Assembly (NCBI RefSeq): GCF_006345805.1
Contig: NW_021833069.1
Coordinates: 1-64,000 of the forward strand
Direction: 5' to 3'
DNA from: Octopus sinensis
Taxonomy: Eukaryota
DNA: 64,000 bases
The notes under the pieces were generated by a model. That model was not told the origin of the DNA, searched no databases, and was given only the letters and a program-made list of their open reading frames with translations. Every line of letters starts with the position of its first letter. Position 1 is the first letter of the stretch. The position numbers were made by a program, and so were the translations under genes. Below, piece after piece: positions 1 to 11,794 of the stretch.

Positions 1-322
1 GAGCTTATATTTATAGAAACAAGGAAAAGATGTTCCCCCAGCCCTTGCAGTGCACTATTTTACTGAATTGGCCCAATCAAAGTCGCTCGTTCTTATGCAG
101 GGGCACTATTCCACGGCCTGTCTGGTATTTTTCGATTACTCACTTTGGAGTGCTGAGCAGGCTTGCATGCTGGCCAATCAGTTCAAAATGTACTACGGTG
201 CTTATAGTGGGGACAGAATTGGGCTACTTAGGGTTTTTAATTACTCTCCACATTTGTTTTCTGTTACTGATTTGATTAAGGAACTACAAATAGAAGCTAC
301 AAGAGTTGTTGATAATAAATAA
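1..322 (+). CDS. ATPAF1: 3' part of ATP synthase F1 assembly factor 1 (ATP11); same sequence as 62317-62638
   Basis: Bases 1-16 are the 3' end of an intron (..tttatag). The exon then reads KQGKDVPPALAVHYFTELAQSKSLVLMQG..AEQACMLANQFKMYY..LLRVFNYSPHLFSVTDLIKEL, matching the ATP11 C-terminal pattern (HYxEL..KGIVLM..AQCxANQ..FY..FN). Confidence 0.85.
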
Positions 323-359
323 TAATTTTTAATAATATTATTTTTAATACATTTTTGAT

Positions 360-906
360 TCATTTTGTGATGTGTGGCACATTTAGGTCCGGTAGTTTGT
401 TTGACATCGAAGAGGCTTCACCGGTTAAAAGATGGAGTTCTTTCACTTTGAATGGCTCGAGAGTTTATATTTGATTTTACTTTATTAAGGCGATTCATGC
501 TCCCCACGAAATAGATTTATCCTGTGTATTTTCTAAAATCAACGCTTTACCATCAAATAATGAAGTTAATATGAAAATGAAATATAAATTCAAAAAGTAT
601 TAATCCACATCTATGTTGAGAGGTGAGTTGGCCTCTCGACTGGTTTTCCTCCGTCACAAACAAAACTCTATCAGGTCTCTCAACTTCAGTAAAGTCGATA
701 AGAAAATCTTCAATGTCGAAAAAGTCAAAAAGGATAATTTTTTGTTTGTTCTTTGCCGAGATTTATTTTCAAACCAAAACCGAGCAATTGTAATTCTCTC
801 GGAAGATGCTATTTCTATCACTTCTGGATTTGAGCTTACCATTTTTTACCCTTGGTTTGTTGCTGCTCAGTTGATTTAGGGACATGTGCATAGTTGGGGA
901 TATCAT
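360..906 (-). CDS. Possible small intron-containing gene of unknown function
   Basis: An ATG at 906 opens a frame continued by plausible 25-30 nt GT-AG introns. I could not resolve the central exon structure and recognised no family motif. Confidence 0.3.
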
Positions 907-1012
907 TTACTACTTCAACTTAAGCAAATTGAGTTATAAGAATGTTTTAATGTGAGTGTACTAAATGTTGGTGTTTATAAAAGAGTCAAACAATTTATTT
1001 TAACCAAGAGTA

Positions 1013-2474
1013 TTAGTAAATGGCATCGGGGTATGTGGCACTTAGTTTTTGAAGAAAACTGTTTAAATGGTCTCTGTCCTGGGTCTCTACAACGCATTTT
1101 ATCTTGATTATAGGGAACATAGGCTTACTCTTGTCTTGAAGACGTCCTCTTTGACCCAGGCTCTTTCATGGAGAATGTCCTTAATACTAACAGTGAGTGG
1201 AAAGCCAACCTCACATTGCAACTGGCTATTAGATTGCACAGGCCTAGCACTCCTCCCACTCGGTCACTCACTGTCACAGAAAATTTAGACAGACGTCCGT
1301 CGGTGGCTAACCCACGGTCGATGCAGCGTCCGACGATCGACATGTCTATGTTTCCCCCGCATAGCGGAATGACGACCCTTCGTTTAGTTAACAATGTCAG
1401 TCTACGTTTTGCCACTCAACTCGGGGACTAGTCCTTGGCAGATCGCAGCCAGTCCTACGGCCCCTCCTCCTTCCACCAAAAATTTTTCATTCTCCAGCAA
1501 CCTCAGGATAGCCAGAGAAATGTTTTCTTCCCTACAGAATAAACTAGACAAACCATACAAAACACATAAATTTTTGTCTACATTTTTAGAGGCGATTTGA
1601 AAGGCCGTCTCTCCTACTGTAGGTACTGCCAGACCTAAATTCAGTTATGCAAGTCCTGCCATCTGCTAGAGTTGATTTAGGCTCGCAGTAGACTGGCTTT
1701 CCATGCTTCAATGCTTCGTGGAAGCTGGGACATTGAACTGACTCGATCCCCTGATAATTTAGGGGCTGTTATTACGTAAATGAGGACATTTGGATTGTTG
1801 AACTTAATACAGCTGGAAATTCCCGCGATTAATCCTGCTCCCCCCACGGGGACCAACACAGCATCGACATTGGGGACATCCTCCATGATTTCAATTCCAA
1901 GAGTGCCTTGCCCGATTATGATGTCTCTGTCGTTGTACCTCGAGTAGACAGGACAAAGATACCCATTGATGTAGCAGTACCCCTCAGAAGTCACCAGTTT
2001 CATCGCATGCATCATAGATTCAGCGATATTTGATCCCCAGATAATCACCTTAGCGCCCTGTTGTCGGCATTGATTGACTTTGACGTAGGGGGCGACTGTT
2101 GGCATTACCACGGTCACCATAATGTTCATTCTACTCCCGTGGTACGATAATGCTAGCGCGTGATTTCCAGCACTAGCGGTGATAACCCCAATTTTCTTGC
2201 ATTCCTAAGATTAAACTTTTTGTGTGGAACGTCGGAAAGCATTTCGAGTCTATATCGGGCACCTCTCTCTTTAAAACTGGAATAACTGTGGTTACAGACC
2301 TGCCAGTGAATTGCATAAAATCTAGTTTTAAGAAAATGTTAATTCCGTAAATATCTGACAGGTGAGATCTCTAGAAGGAACAAATTTTGGAAATACTATG
2401 CAAGGAGTCCGGTAGACACTTCCCTTTATGGTTTGGGCTGCGTGTACAAAGTCTTTCTGGGTTAGTTCCGTCAT
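1013..2474 (-). CDS. L-threonine/serine dehydratase (PLP-dependent, TdcB-like, C-terminal ACT domain)
   Basis: Spliced frame gives TGSFKERGA (PLP lysine), SAGNHA, GQGTLG, VPVGGAGL, TLADGLAVP, LCGGNID and DRVGGV (ACT domain). About 10 introns of 23-28 nt, one with a GC donor (1659-1635). ATG at 2474, TAA at 1013. Confidence 0.92.
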
Positions 2475-2724
2475 TTAAATTGCGACTGAAAATAATCTAT
2501 TATAGTGACGAGCAAACGCCAATAAATTGAAATTGAATTATTTGATTTTCCGTAAGTTACGCCTAAATCGGGGAGAATAAAATATTTTAAAATTGATTTT
2601 TTACGACGTGTCACGATCGATCGCCAATTTAATTAAGTTAATATGCACCGTCTGGTCTGATAATTATGAATTTTACTGATTATGAAAATAAGAAATTTTT
2701 TTAACAGTCAAATTAATTTATCCT

Positions 2725-2836
2725 CTTATCCTCTGCTGCTAATTAAATACTAAATAACAGATTTTATTAAACATAAATACATTAAAAAAAAAAGTCAAAT
2801 TAATTATTTAGTATTTGATTAGCAGCAGAGGATAAG
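2725..2836. repeat. 33-bp inverted repeat with 46-bp loop (MITE remnant or hairpin)
   Basis: cttatcctctgctgctaattaaatactaaataa (2725-2757) is the reverse complement of 2804-2836 with one mismatch. Confidence 0.8.
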
Positions 2837-3230
2837 ATAGAATGACAATTCAAATGAGAAATTGTATCAGAACAAATTATTTATGTGATAATTAAATATT
2901 TATTAATCCGCTGGAAATTACTCTCCTCCTTTTAAAGGAGGAAGTAACCAACACCACTCCTTTATCCTCTGCCTCCAAATCAGTTACGACTTTCTTTTCC
3001 ACACTATCCACATTTTCTTCATACTAATAACTTGCCTTAATTATGAGGCTACTGGCTGAATTTATCTCTTTTTCAGTGATTTTTATCCTGTGACTAACCT
3101 CAACCATCTAACTCTCCAGTGTTTTTTTCAATACGACTGACATTATGTAAAACGGTTGTATCTTAATTATCGCTAACCACTGATTATCTTAATTTTTGTT
3201 ATCTATTTTATCAATTATTCATTCATATTA

Positions 3231-3560
3231 CAGAGTTTCCCGAGCTTTAACGTCAAAAGCGTATGCACTAGTGTTTACCCTTCAACCATTAAAGTTGACC
3301 CTTAAATCTTTTGTGTTGATGTTTCAAGCATTCGTGTTGAGCTTTAAAGATTAGCGTTTAAACAGCATATAAGCAAATTTTTCGGAAATTATGCGTTAGA
3401 CTAAGAGCTGTATAAACAAAAAATACAATATCTCTTTCAAAAAAATGATTGTTGAACATTCAATTAATAGAAAATCTAACACCGAAATAAGCGACTATCT
3501 AAATATGCCTCGATTCTCCATAAGTCAAACACTTTCTCAACGGAGAAAATCCCAAGATAT
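3231..3560 (+). mobile_element. 5' fragment of a DNA transposon (Tc1-like HTH start); related copy at about 34960-35200
   Basis: The two loci share ..ctgtaacgtc(a/g)aaagcg..gcatataagcaa..aaataag(c/t)ga(c/t)tatctaaatatg. The short reading SNTEISDYLNMPRFSISQ resembles a Tc1 HTH. Confidence 0.45.
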
Positions 3561-3779
3561 TAAGAGCGAAGATTATTTTTTAATTAAATGATTTACACTA
3601 GTGGTCTTTAACATTTTTGTTTTAAGGGTCAAATAAATATTTAATTTTTTTCACAGGCTTGAAAGGACCCCAGGCTTGAAGGGACCTACCCTAATTAGAT
3701 ATTTCATACACTTAATAATACAAATACCCAATAGGGGGTATCCTATATACTAAGGGTCAAATAAATATTTAATTTTTAA

Positions 3780-4265
3780 CAATTCAATGAGAAGTGGCGA
3801 AACTTCCGAAAACTCGGAGCTCTTCTTGGCGATTCCGAAGATATTACCAGACGAAAAATATTATCAACAATTGCACTTAAAAAACTTCAATCTATCTGGA
3901 TGAGAAAATCTAACTGTGGGCCTATAAGTCTAAATATACTTGAAACCCGCTGGCGCCTGTTTGGACATATTTTACGAATGAAGAAAGAAACACCTTGCAA
4001 TATGGCCATGGAAAAATTTTTCGGCCATGAATACTCTAAATATAGAGGACGTCCAAGAGACTGTCTTCCGGGAATACTTACGAAGGAATATGCTATGATC
4101 GGAGGCCGATTGATGGATGCAAACGATCTGGACGAAATCGGAAAGAGGGCAAGACGACGGAAGGGATGGAAGGGGCTAACGACAAGAATAGTTAAAAAAA
4201 TGGCACAAGCGAAACCATAAACTTTGTTTACTGGCAACGCGAACGTGCATTAACTAACTAACTAA
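3780..4265 (+). mobile_element. 3' fragment of an RTE-like non-LTR retrotransposon
   Basis: ORF 3900-4220 reads RWRLFGHILRM..RGRPR (RTE C-terminus) and is followed by a (CTAA)n tail. Confidence 0.75.
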
Positions 4266-4439
4266 TTCCATGCCAGCTCATAACAACAAGGACAATCATC
4301 ACCTTCGCGCGGTTGATCGTTTCCAGATTTGCCGGGAAATCGTATTTGTGGAACTTTTCCACTTCTACCTGTTTGAGACAATTTTGTGAAGTGATCCCAT
4401 CTCGATAAGTGATGACAATGACAATTTATTTATTTTACT

Positions 4440-5740
4440 AGTTAGGAAGACAGGAAAAACTAGCCATTATCGACGACGGGAAATTTTTTCAAAAGAATGA
4501 GGCACCGGAGTGTCCTTACTGAGCAGCATATTTCCCTGATAGACACTTTAGATATCTGACGTCCATTACAAAACAACCGGGCTTTCTCCAGGACGGACTG
4601 TATTTTGGGGACGCAGGATACATAAGAGTTATTCAATTTTTCTTTGAGATCGAGACCGTAGGCCAACTTAATGGTGTAACGCTTCGTTTTCTCGAGTTTG
4701 TTGATTAGACAAACCCTCTCACCTGTGTCATACCAGCTCTCAAACTCGTAAGTGAGAATCGGTTGTACACATGTCTTGTATATGTAGATGTACGTTTCTG
4801 GGCTCGCGGGCTCAGTATAGAACCCTGAGGGACACCTCTTTTGAGATCCACACAGTCCGATAGTCGGTTTCCGCACCGTACATAAGATTTCCTCTCGTTG
4901 AGATAACTCTTTAGCCATTTGAATGTTTTTTCACCTGCACCAGTCTCCAAAACTTTTTCCAGAAGTCCAAGGTGCCAGACGCAGTCAAAAGCCTTAGATA
5001 AATCCAAGCACACAGCGGTCGTGCAGGATTTATTGCGTATCGCCCAAGAAAGTTTCCTTTCTAGTACCTTCAGGCAGTTTCCCGTGGATTTGCCAGGACG
5101 AAAACCCCATTGTACATCGGAAAGAAGATTATTCTTTTCAACATGTAATGAGAGTCTTTCAAAAATTATTTTCTCCATAATCTTCAAAAAAGCGCAGATC
5201 AGGCTTATAGGCCTATAGTTTTCTGCTAGGAGACTTGTTTTCCCGGGTTTCGGGATCATACGAACGACTGTGCACTTCCAGGTGGGTGGAAGATAACCAA
5301 GGGTAAAACTAGCGTTGAAAAGCATAGTTAGAGCCCGTAGGAGGATCTTCGGAGTCTTCTTAAGAAGTAACACAGGTATGTAGTCGAATCCAGGGGCCTT
5401 GTTTTTCAGCCCTGCTATCGCTTCTTGTGTCTCTTTTTCGGTAATAGCCTCTCATAGAGGTCCATCCACAAGATTTAGAGATTCTAGCCTTGAAGTGACT
5501 TTCTCAAAGGTCTTCTATGGAATAATTGATTCAGGTTCGACTTCTTGGGTTTTTCCCAGCTGCCTTCTTAGTTCATTCGGGACAAGATCGGAGGGGATAT
5601 ACTTTCCATCTTGCCCCTTTAATACGATATTATCGATATTGGAGTTGCTGCGTTCCTTTATACTCTCGTCGACATAATTCTTTCCTATTCTGTAAGTTTT
5701 TGGTATATTTCGTATTTAGACAGTCAATGTTAACTTTAAC
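4440..5740 (-). mobile_element. Internally deleted CR1/Jockey-type LINE reverse transcriptase
   Basis: ORF 4705-5373 has IPKPGK, YRPISL, QWGFRPGKST, DLSKAFDCVWH and GVPQGSILSP. It then jumps directly to the C-terminal YKTCVQPILTY segment. Confidence 0.85.
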
Positions 5741-5860
5741 ATAGAACAGGATTTTTCAACGACTCATTTTAGTAACCGTTGAAATATACACTTTGGTATG
5801 ATGAGGCATTATAAATCAAATTCCCGTAAAGAAAGTAGAAAATGCGGTTTATTAAGTATA

Positions 5861-6127
5861 TCACAAATTGTGAGTTCCATTAACTACATCGACAGCAACA
5901 TAAGCGAATTCTGAGAAAATGGGTTCCTTCATATATTTCTTTAAGAGGTCGTGTGCTGTAGCGAGTTCACAGTCGTTTATTTCGTGCAAAATTTTAGCCA
6001 AATGTTTATTTCTGATCATTTGACCAATAGCAGAGGAAGTTTCTAATAATTAAATAAAATATTAACTTAATAATTCCAACTTTTCTAGAGGAATTGAATT
6101 GACTGAATCATGATCCATAAGCCACAT
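5861..6127 (-). CDS. ZNHIT3/Hit1-like C-terminal domain protein lacking the HIT zinc finger
   Basis: Two exons with a 24-nt intron (6066-6043) give ..NSIPLEKLELLKTSSAIGQMIRNKHLAKILHEI..KKYMKEPIFSEFAYVAVDVV. This parallels the ZNHIT3 C-terminal pattern (L..LLxNPHL..L..M.EPLF.EFA). Not present in the ORF track. Confidence 0.6.
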
Positions 6128-6200
6128 GAAATCAACTAAAATATATTATGTTATTAAATAAAAACTGTTTTAATTACATAAAAATAAATCTTAGCAACAA

Positions 6201-7220
6201 ATGGAGGAAATTACAAAGATTGTCGAGCAATTAAAAATGATGAAAACATTCCTGTCACAAATCACTAATCAATTTGTGGATTTTCAATCCAAGTTTGTTG
6301 TCAAAAAGTATTAGATATAACGACATTTATAACGAAAACATTCTTCTCAAAAATCAACTCAAAGATTTTTCTACCAATTCTCAGGTAGTTGTAGGCAATC
6401 ACATTTAAGGATCCTCGATGCTTGTTGCAGGACAATGTCCCTACGAATTACGGAAGTCCCGACTGTTTAGAAGCCAAAGAAGAACATGGCCCAATCGAGA
6501 ATTCAAGAAATGTGTCTCCTGAGCGATTATTAAATGGAGCATCTGGAAACGAGTTTTTTGACGGGCAGAAAAAAAATGTTTTTGAGAATTCTCAATTTAA
6601 ATTCTCAAAACTTACCCGAAATGAAAGCACGGGAGTTTCCATTGCCGAAACATGGTTTGAATGATAAAATGACTCCAGCAAATTCGGGGATGTTTTCATC
6701 TCCGACATTGACGAGTCGGGGAGATTTGTGAAAATAACAAATTCATCCCGATCGACAGTTTTAGACATTTTTTGACTATTTGTGAGGTTGTTGATGTTGG
6801 AAGCTTCATTCTACAAGAAGTAGTCTGTGGAAAATTAGTTTTTTTGTTCACTCTCCCCGCTGGTATCAAACTGTATCCAATGAGCTCTTTGCGGATTTGG
6901 GCCAACATCGAGGGTCTCCCAGAATGTGAAGATTGCGTCAACGAAGCCATTACCCGATGGATTGCTTGCATTGATTCAGTCTTCATTATCTGCCGACCTG
7001 ACGGGAAGGTAATTATGAAAGATAATTCTAGGCCATGTCCTGGGCTGTGGGCCCCGAATGTAACGTGAGAAAAACAGAAAGTGCTCATGATCAACATTCA
7101 AAGTTAAAAAATCATATGTATTTAGAAATGCGTATAAACCTGTTTTCAGCCGTCCCCAGAGTGCTATCGTGCGCTTATCTTACGAAAGAAACAAGTAGTA
7201 ACTCATTGAATATCAGATGA
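6201..7220 (+). CDS. Lamin-tail-domain (LTD) protein with short N-terminal coiled coil
   Basis: Spliced frame GDVFISDIDESGRFVKITNSS..DVGSFILQ..FTLPAGIKLYPMSSLRIWA..IICRPDGK matches the LTD immunoglobulin-like fold pattern. Introns are 23-29 nt. Confidence 0.65.
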
Positions 7221-7483
7221 ATTCTAACACAATAATTCTCATTAAACCTTTAAGACATGGTTTATGCATTTTAAAATTCAATAACTATTTTTCTCTCTGA
7301 TATTAAATTCATTTCAATTTCCCTTATTGATTACTTTGGTCATTCCTGCCTTTTTATGGATTACTCAAAAAAATATAAGGAGATAAATAGATTGCTATTT
7401 TTATTATATAAATTAATTGTAATTTTTTTATAATCTGGCTAACTCAATCTAGGACAACAATACATTTTATAAGAGAATTCATT

Positions 7484-8268
7484 ATGGAACTAAAAAATGG
7501 GTCAAGTTTTATTATAGTCACGACTATAATTCTCAGCGTTTGTCTTTTCTGCCATTTCTCAGATTTTCTCCTTGATTGCATTTTGCTATGCCATACTTTG
7601 TGGAAAAGATTTTCTGAAAATTTCCCATAACCTGGATGTCCACAAATTCCCACTAACGTTTCTTCCCTACTGTATGTTTGTGAGTCTGTTAATTGTGTTC
7701 ATCATCACTACGTTATTTGGATTTTCTGCCATCCCAAATAATCTCCTTGTCAGGAAAACGGTTTATTTTGTGACTCATGCTACAGTTCTTAATATTCTTC
7801 GTACTGGCCGCTGTGTTCGCGATTTTAATTGTAATCATTGGGTTTATCCGTTATCAAGAGGTACTTCTTTGCTAATTCAAGTTTCCCACCCAATCCGTTA
7901 AGTTCATGCGTTATTCCATTCGCCACTACAACGTGACAGCTAAAGAAACAGACTTTATCCAACATTTGGTATTTTTTTTTATTACAATCTAGTTGAGTTG
8001 CTGTGGTGTGGATGGACCTTTTGATTGGACAAAAGTTGATTACCCCATCCCTTCAAGTTGCTGTCCCCAAACTGTGAAAGTATGTCGTTTCAAAGATATT
8101 TTTACCGATGGTTGTAAAAAAGTTATTCATTCGACATATTACAAATATTTAAAAGCCGCGAGAGGTTTATGCATTTCTTTTGCCTTATTTGCCGTCATTG
8201 TCTCCCTCTCTACCGGCTATCTTGTCAGAAAACAGCCCGATCTTTACGTAAAATATGACCAATTCTGA
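7484..8268 (+). CDS. Tetraspanin
   Basis: Hydrophobic segments plus large extracellular loop motifs LSCCGVDGPFDW and IPSSCC, then a final TM helix. Micro-introns, for example gtttgtcttttctgccatttctcag. Confidence 0.85.
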
Positions 8269-8480
8269 TTTAATTTCCTATCTAATATTACTAACATCTC
8301 TAGCTAAATAAAATTAAACTGGACTAAGCCCAAATAAACAGTTAGTGCATCGAAGCGTTTAATATTAGAGGACTTTTTTGCTTTCTATATAAAAATGGAA
8401 CCTATCTAGCATGGTCTTGTTTTGAATTGGAATTACGTAAGCATTTCCTTGTATAAGTAATCTGTTTCCGGTTTGTACAA

Positions 8481-10651
8481 ATGAGCGACTACTACAAAAG
8501 ACTTGCCAGCTCTGATTTCTACAAAAAAACACCTCAAGAACTTAAACAAGTAAAAATAATACATTCAAAAGTAGAGGAATATCCTCAGATGTAAGGATCT
8601 GAGCCCGACGGAACTAATGACTGTGATGGACAACTCGTTTCATCATTTGGTAGGATCACTGTTCTGACTCTTAGATCAACTGGGTCGAAGGGGAACCCTT
8701 CAGTTCTTCGATACTCTCGAACATGTACTTAGCTGACATTTCAATCATTGACGACAATATTCTCCGAAAATTTTTTCTAGGCTATTTAAAATTGATGCGA
8801 ATCATCGAGAAATGGGCATTTATTGGCAATTTCTGTCAGGTTTTCTGAACACTGTCATTCCAGAACGAAATAGACTCTGTGAATTTGGCCTTCACCTGGG
8901 TCGATGATATCCCAACGCCGAATATACTTGGTTCCATGACAGACATTATGGACAGTATGTTTGAGCACAAAACTGACTCACTAAGCTGGCAACAAGTCTT
9001 TAGTCGATTCACCGTGATTATGGAAATGATAAAAACTATTGACCTGGTTTTGTTTATATGGAATTCAAGGAATCTCAACCTATGGAATACACGGAACTCA
9101 TAGCCAGCGTCGAAACTATTTTGGACGATTTTCGCTCCCAACATGACATTCCTCATGACAGTATAACATCTTTTTACATTTCAGTGGTCTTTGTCGGTTT
9201 TGACCGGAGAGTAAACGGAATTCCGACCCTCCCTGACCAAACGCTTGAGTCCACTCAATATCGATGTTATGATGTAATCTATACAGCCTACGCATCACTC
9301 GAAGAAATTCAAAAGGAAACCGTAATCCAGACATGTTGGGGAATATTAGTACTTAATTGTGTTTCCATTTGTAGCAATATGTCACTCACTTAATTTTTGA
9401 CTATGATGACAGCATTGCACTATTTCGGATTATTGCCGAGGTTTATTCGCGTGTTTACTCCACAGTTCAAAATACGGCGGTACACCTCCATCAAGAAGAA
9501 TTCTTTGGTTTTGAAATCACCATTAATGACGATCGTCGACAATATTTTCAAATTAAGTACATCTACAAGCAGACCTGTTGTGAGCTGGAACAACTTTTAC
9601 TTGCGCAAAATAAACAAAATCTTTAAAAAGTACTTCAGAAACATTCTGAGCAATTCACACATGATTTTTATGAGAATGCGATCCCTCGTCTACGAAATAC
9701 AGGATTCGATCGAAAATGTAGACTGGCATGCTTATTTTTTAGGAAATATCAGTGATTGCTCAAGGAACTGCCCTGATCTACAGTCATTTTTTGCCGGAGA
9801 CTAACATCTTATTCTTCCCTCACAAGACATTTCTGATTTATATCAAAAACCTAGTCGTGTTGACGACCCTCCGAGTATTCAACAACGATAATCTGGGGGA
9901 ATTCAGCGACGTGGTGGCAATTCTGTGGTATTCTACTCGACTGACAACTCAGGATTGCTGCCACTAATATTTTTCCCCAACTCGAATCGTGCTGTATATT
10001 GCTCAGACTATACATCCTCAATACCGAACGGAGTCCTCAAACTAATTCAGAGACCTCTCGATTATCCTCAATGATACAGAATGAAATCCTCTTTTTTCGA
10101 GCTCAGAAAATTAGCAGTTTTGTTTCATTCATGGTCATAAATTGTGCTAAGTCTGCAGTTGCTAATCCATTGTCTTCAATTCGAGACCTTTGATTCCGAA
10201 TTGGGAATAATGAGCTGGGAAAGAAGAATCTATCATCGATTTTCTCACACAATGCCACTCCTGACCTCCTCTACAATGTACAGCGACATGAAGGTTGAAA
10301 CAAGTTAATCTTAGACTAGTCCGAAATACAGAGGATTCAAAGTTTATGCAAAGATGATCAAAATGAAACATCCCTCTATTCCATGGCTTTCCAAATGCTT
10401 CAGGGCTCTCTGAATATGATGCAGGCCTGCAATATAAATGATATGACGATCGACGTTGTGCTGACTGTGTGTTTTAGATGGTTGAATACCAATTTATGCT
10501 CAAAGAACTATGTGAGAATGTCGACAATTTGAGGCAAAAGAAGGTGCAAATTGTTGAGTATTTTGTTACTCAATTTTAGGACAAGCACCTGCCATTTTAT
10601 GTTTTTGACAAGTACGCGTACTTTGTCAGAATTAACACTAAAAAAATTTAA
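8481..10651 (+). CDS. NAA35: NatC auxiliary subunit (Mak10/NAA35)
   Basis: Spliced N-terminal part DLSPTELMTVMDNSFHHLINWVEGEPFSSSILSNMYL..LRKFFLGYLKL follows the Mak10 pattern (ELIGIMD..LITWLEGHSLAQTVFTCLY). Later VGFDRRVN and EEFFGFE also fit. I did not trace every 3' intron. Confidence 0.75.
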
Positions 10652-10802
10652 TTTTTAAAAATATTTCTTTATTTTAATTAAAAATAAACAAACACATTTT
10701 GTGATGACTTCTGATTCAGAGGTACCACAAGAGACAGTTTTTTCGATATTCTCTCAGGGACCATCCATACCGTGCACGTTTATCCACGAAGATGATCTAG
10801 TA

Positions 10803-11639
10803 CAGCGGTTCTCAACCTTTTTTAGACTGGGGACCACTTTTGCACTATAAAATTTTGTGGGGACCACCTTAAATAAAATAAACATTTTTTGGTATTAGCG
10901 CACAATTTTTGGCCTCGTCAGGGCCAGGTTTAGACATGTTCGAATATTTATTATAAAAATAACATGAACATTATGAAAATAACAGAAAATTTAATAGTAA
11001 TTTAGTGAGATTTCTGATCTTGTTTGCTCAGAATAATTTTACTTATATCAGGCTCTATGTTCGACAAAGCTACTCGCATATCATCTTGTACCCGTAGTCT
11101 ATTTCTATATTTTGTTTTTAGAAAAGTCAGACACGACATCGCCATTTCACAGTGATAAGTAGTGGGGAATGCAAGTATTGATTCCAATGCAGTTTTACTC
11201 AAAATGGGGAATTCTTTCGCCATCTGACACCTAACAATAAAAAGTAATTATTAATAGGAATACCAAAAATTTAATAATGAAGTACATTTGAAAATAATCT
11301 GAGCAGACTGATTACATTGAAGTTCAATCAAGCTCTGCTGAAAATTGAGTTCCTGATATTCTTTAAATGAGGTCAAGAAAGGTTGAACGATCCAGTTTGG
11401 AATTGGGTCTTCAACAGGAAAATAATCATCAAATTTTGTCTTGAGATTTTCCAGATGTTTGATTATCAGACTTAGAAGAACATTATCCGGTGGGTTGTGT
11501 CCGAGACCGCTTGATTAATTTCAATGTTTTTGATTTATACTTAATTGTACAATTAGTTTTAACTTTAATATATTTTTATTTTTCGAGAATTCCTGGGGAC
11601 CACTAAAAATTTTCTGGGGACCACGTTTGAGAACCGCTG
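10803..11639 (-). mobile_element. Non-autonomous hAT (Buster-type) element, both ends intact
   Basis: TIRs CAGCGGTTCTCAA / TTGAGAACCGCTG and a perfect 8-bp TSD ATCTAGTA (nnnTAnnn). Carries the transposase dimerisation tail (FPTTYHCEMAMS..KTKYRNRL) with a 33-nt intron (11263-11231). Confidence 0.92.
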
Positions 11640-11794
11640 ATCTAGTAATATGTTTGTTAAAAAAATTATTAAAAAACAATTATTATAAATTGTTAAAATG
11701 GATTGAGGCTTTGTAGTTTACATTATGCTTGTCTCCATCGTACTTTTATTTTAATTTGGGATAACTTTTGTTTTAAAATTATTGAGCAATTATT

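Noticed and set aside
613-879. Plus-strand 88-aa ORF and most other short ORFs in the track
   Set aside because: They are antisense or off-frame shadows of intron-containing genes and TEs, often with non-ATG starts and no motifs.
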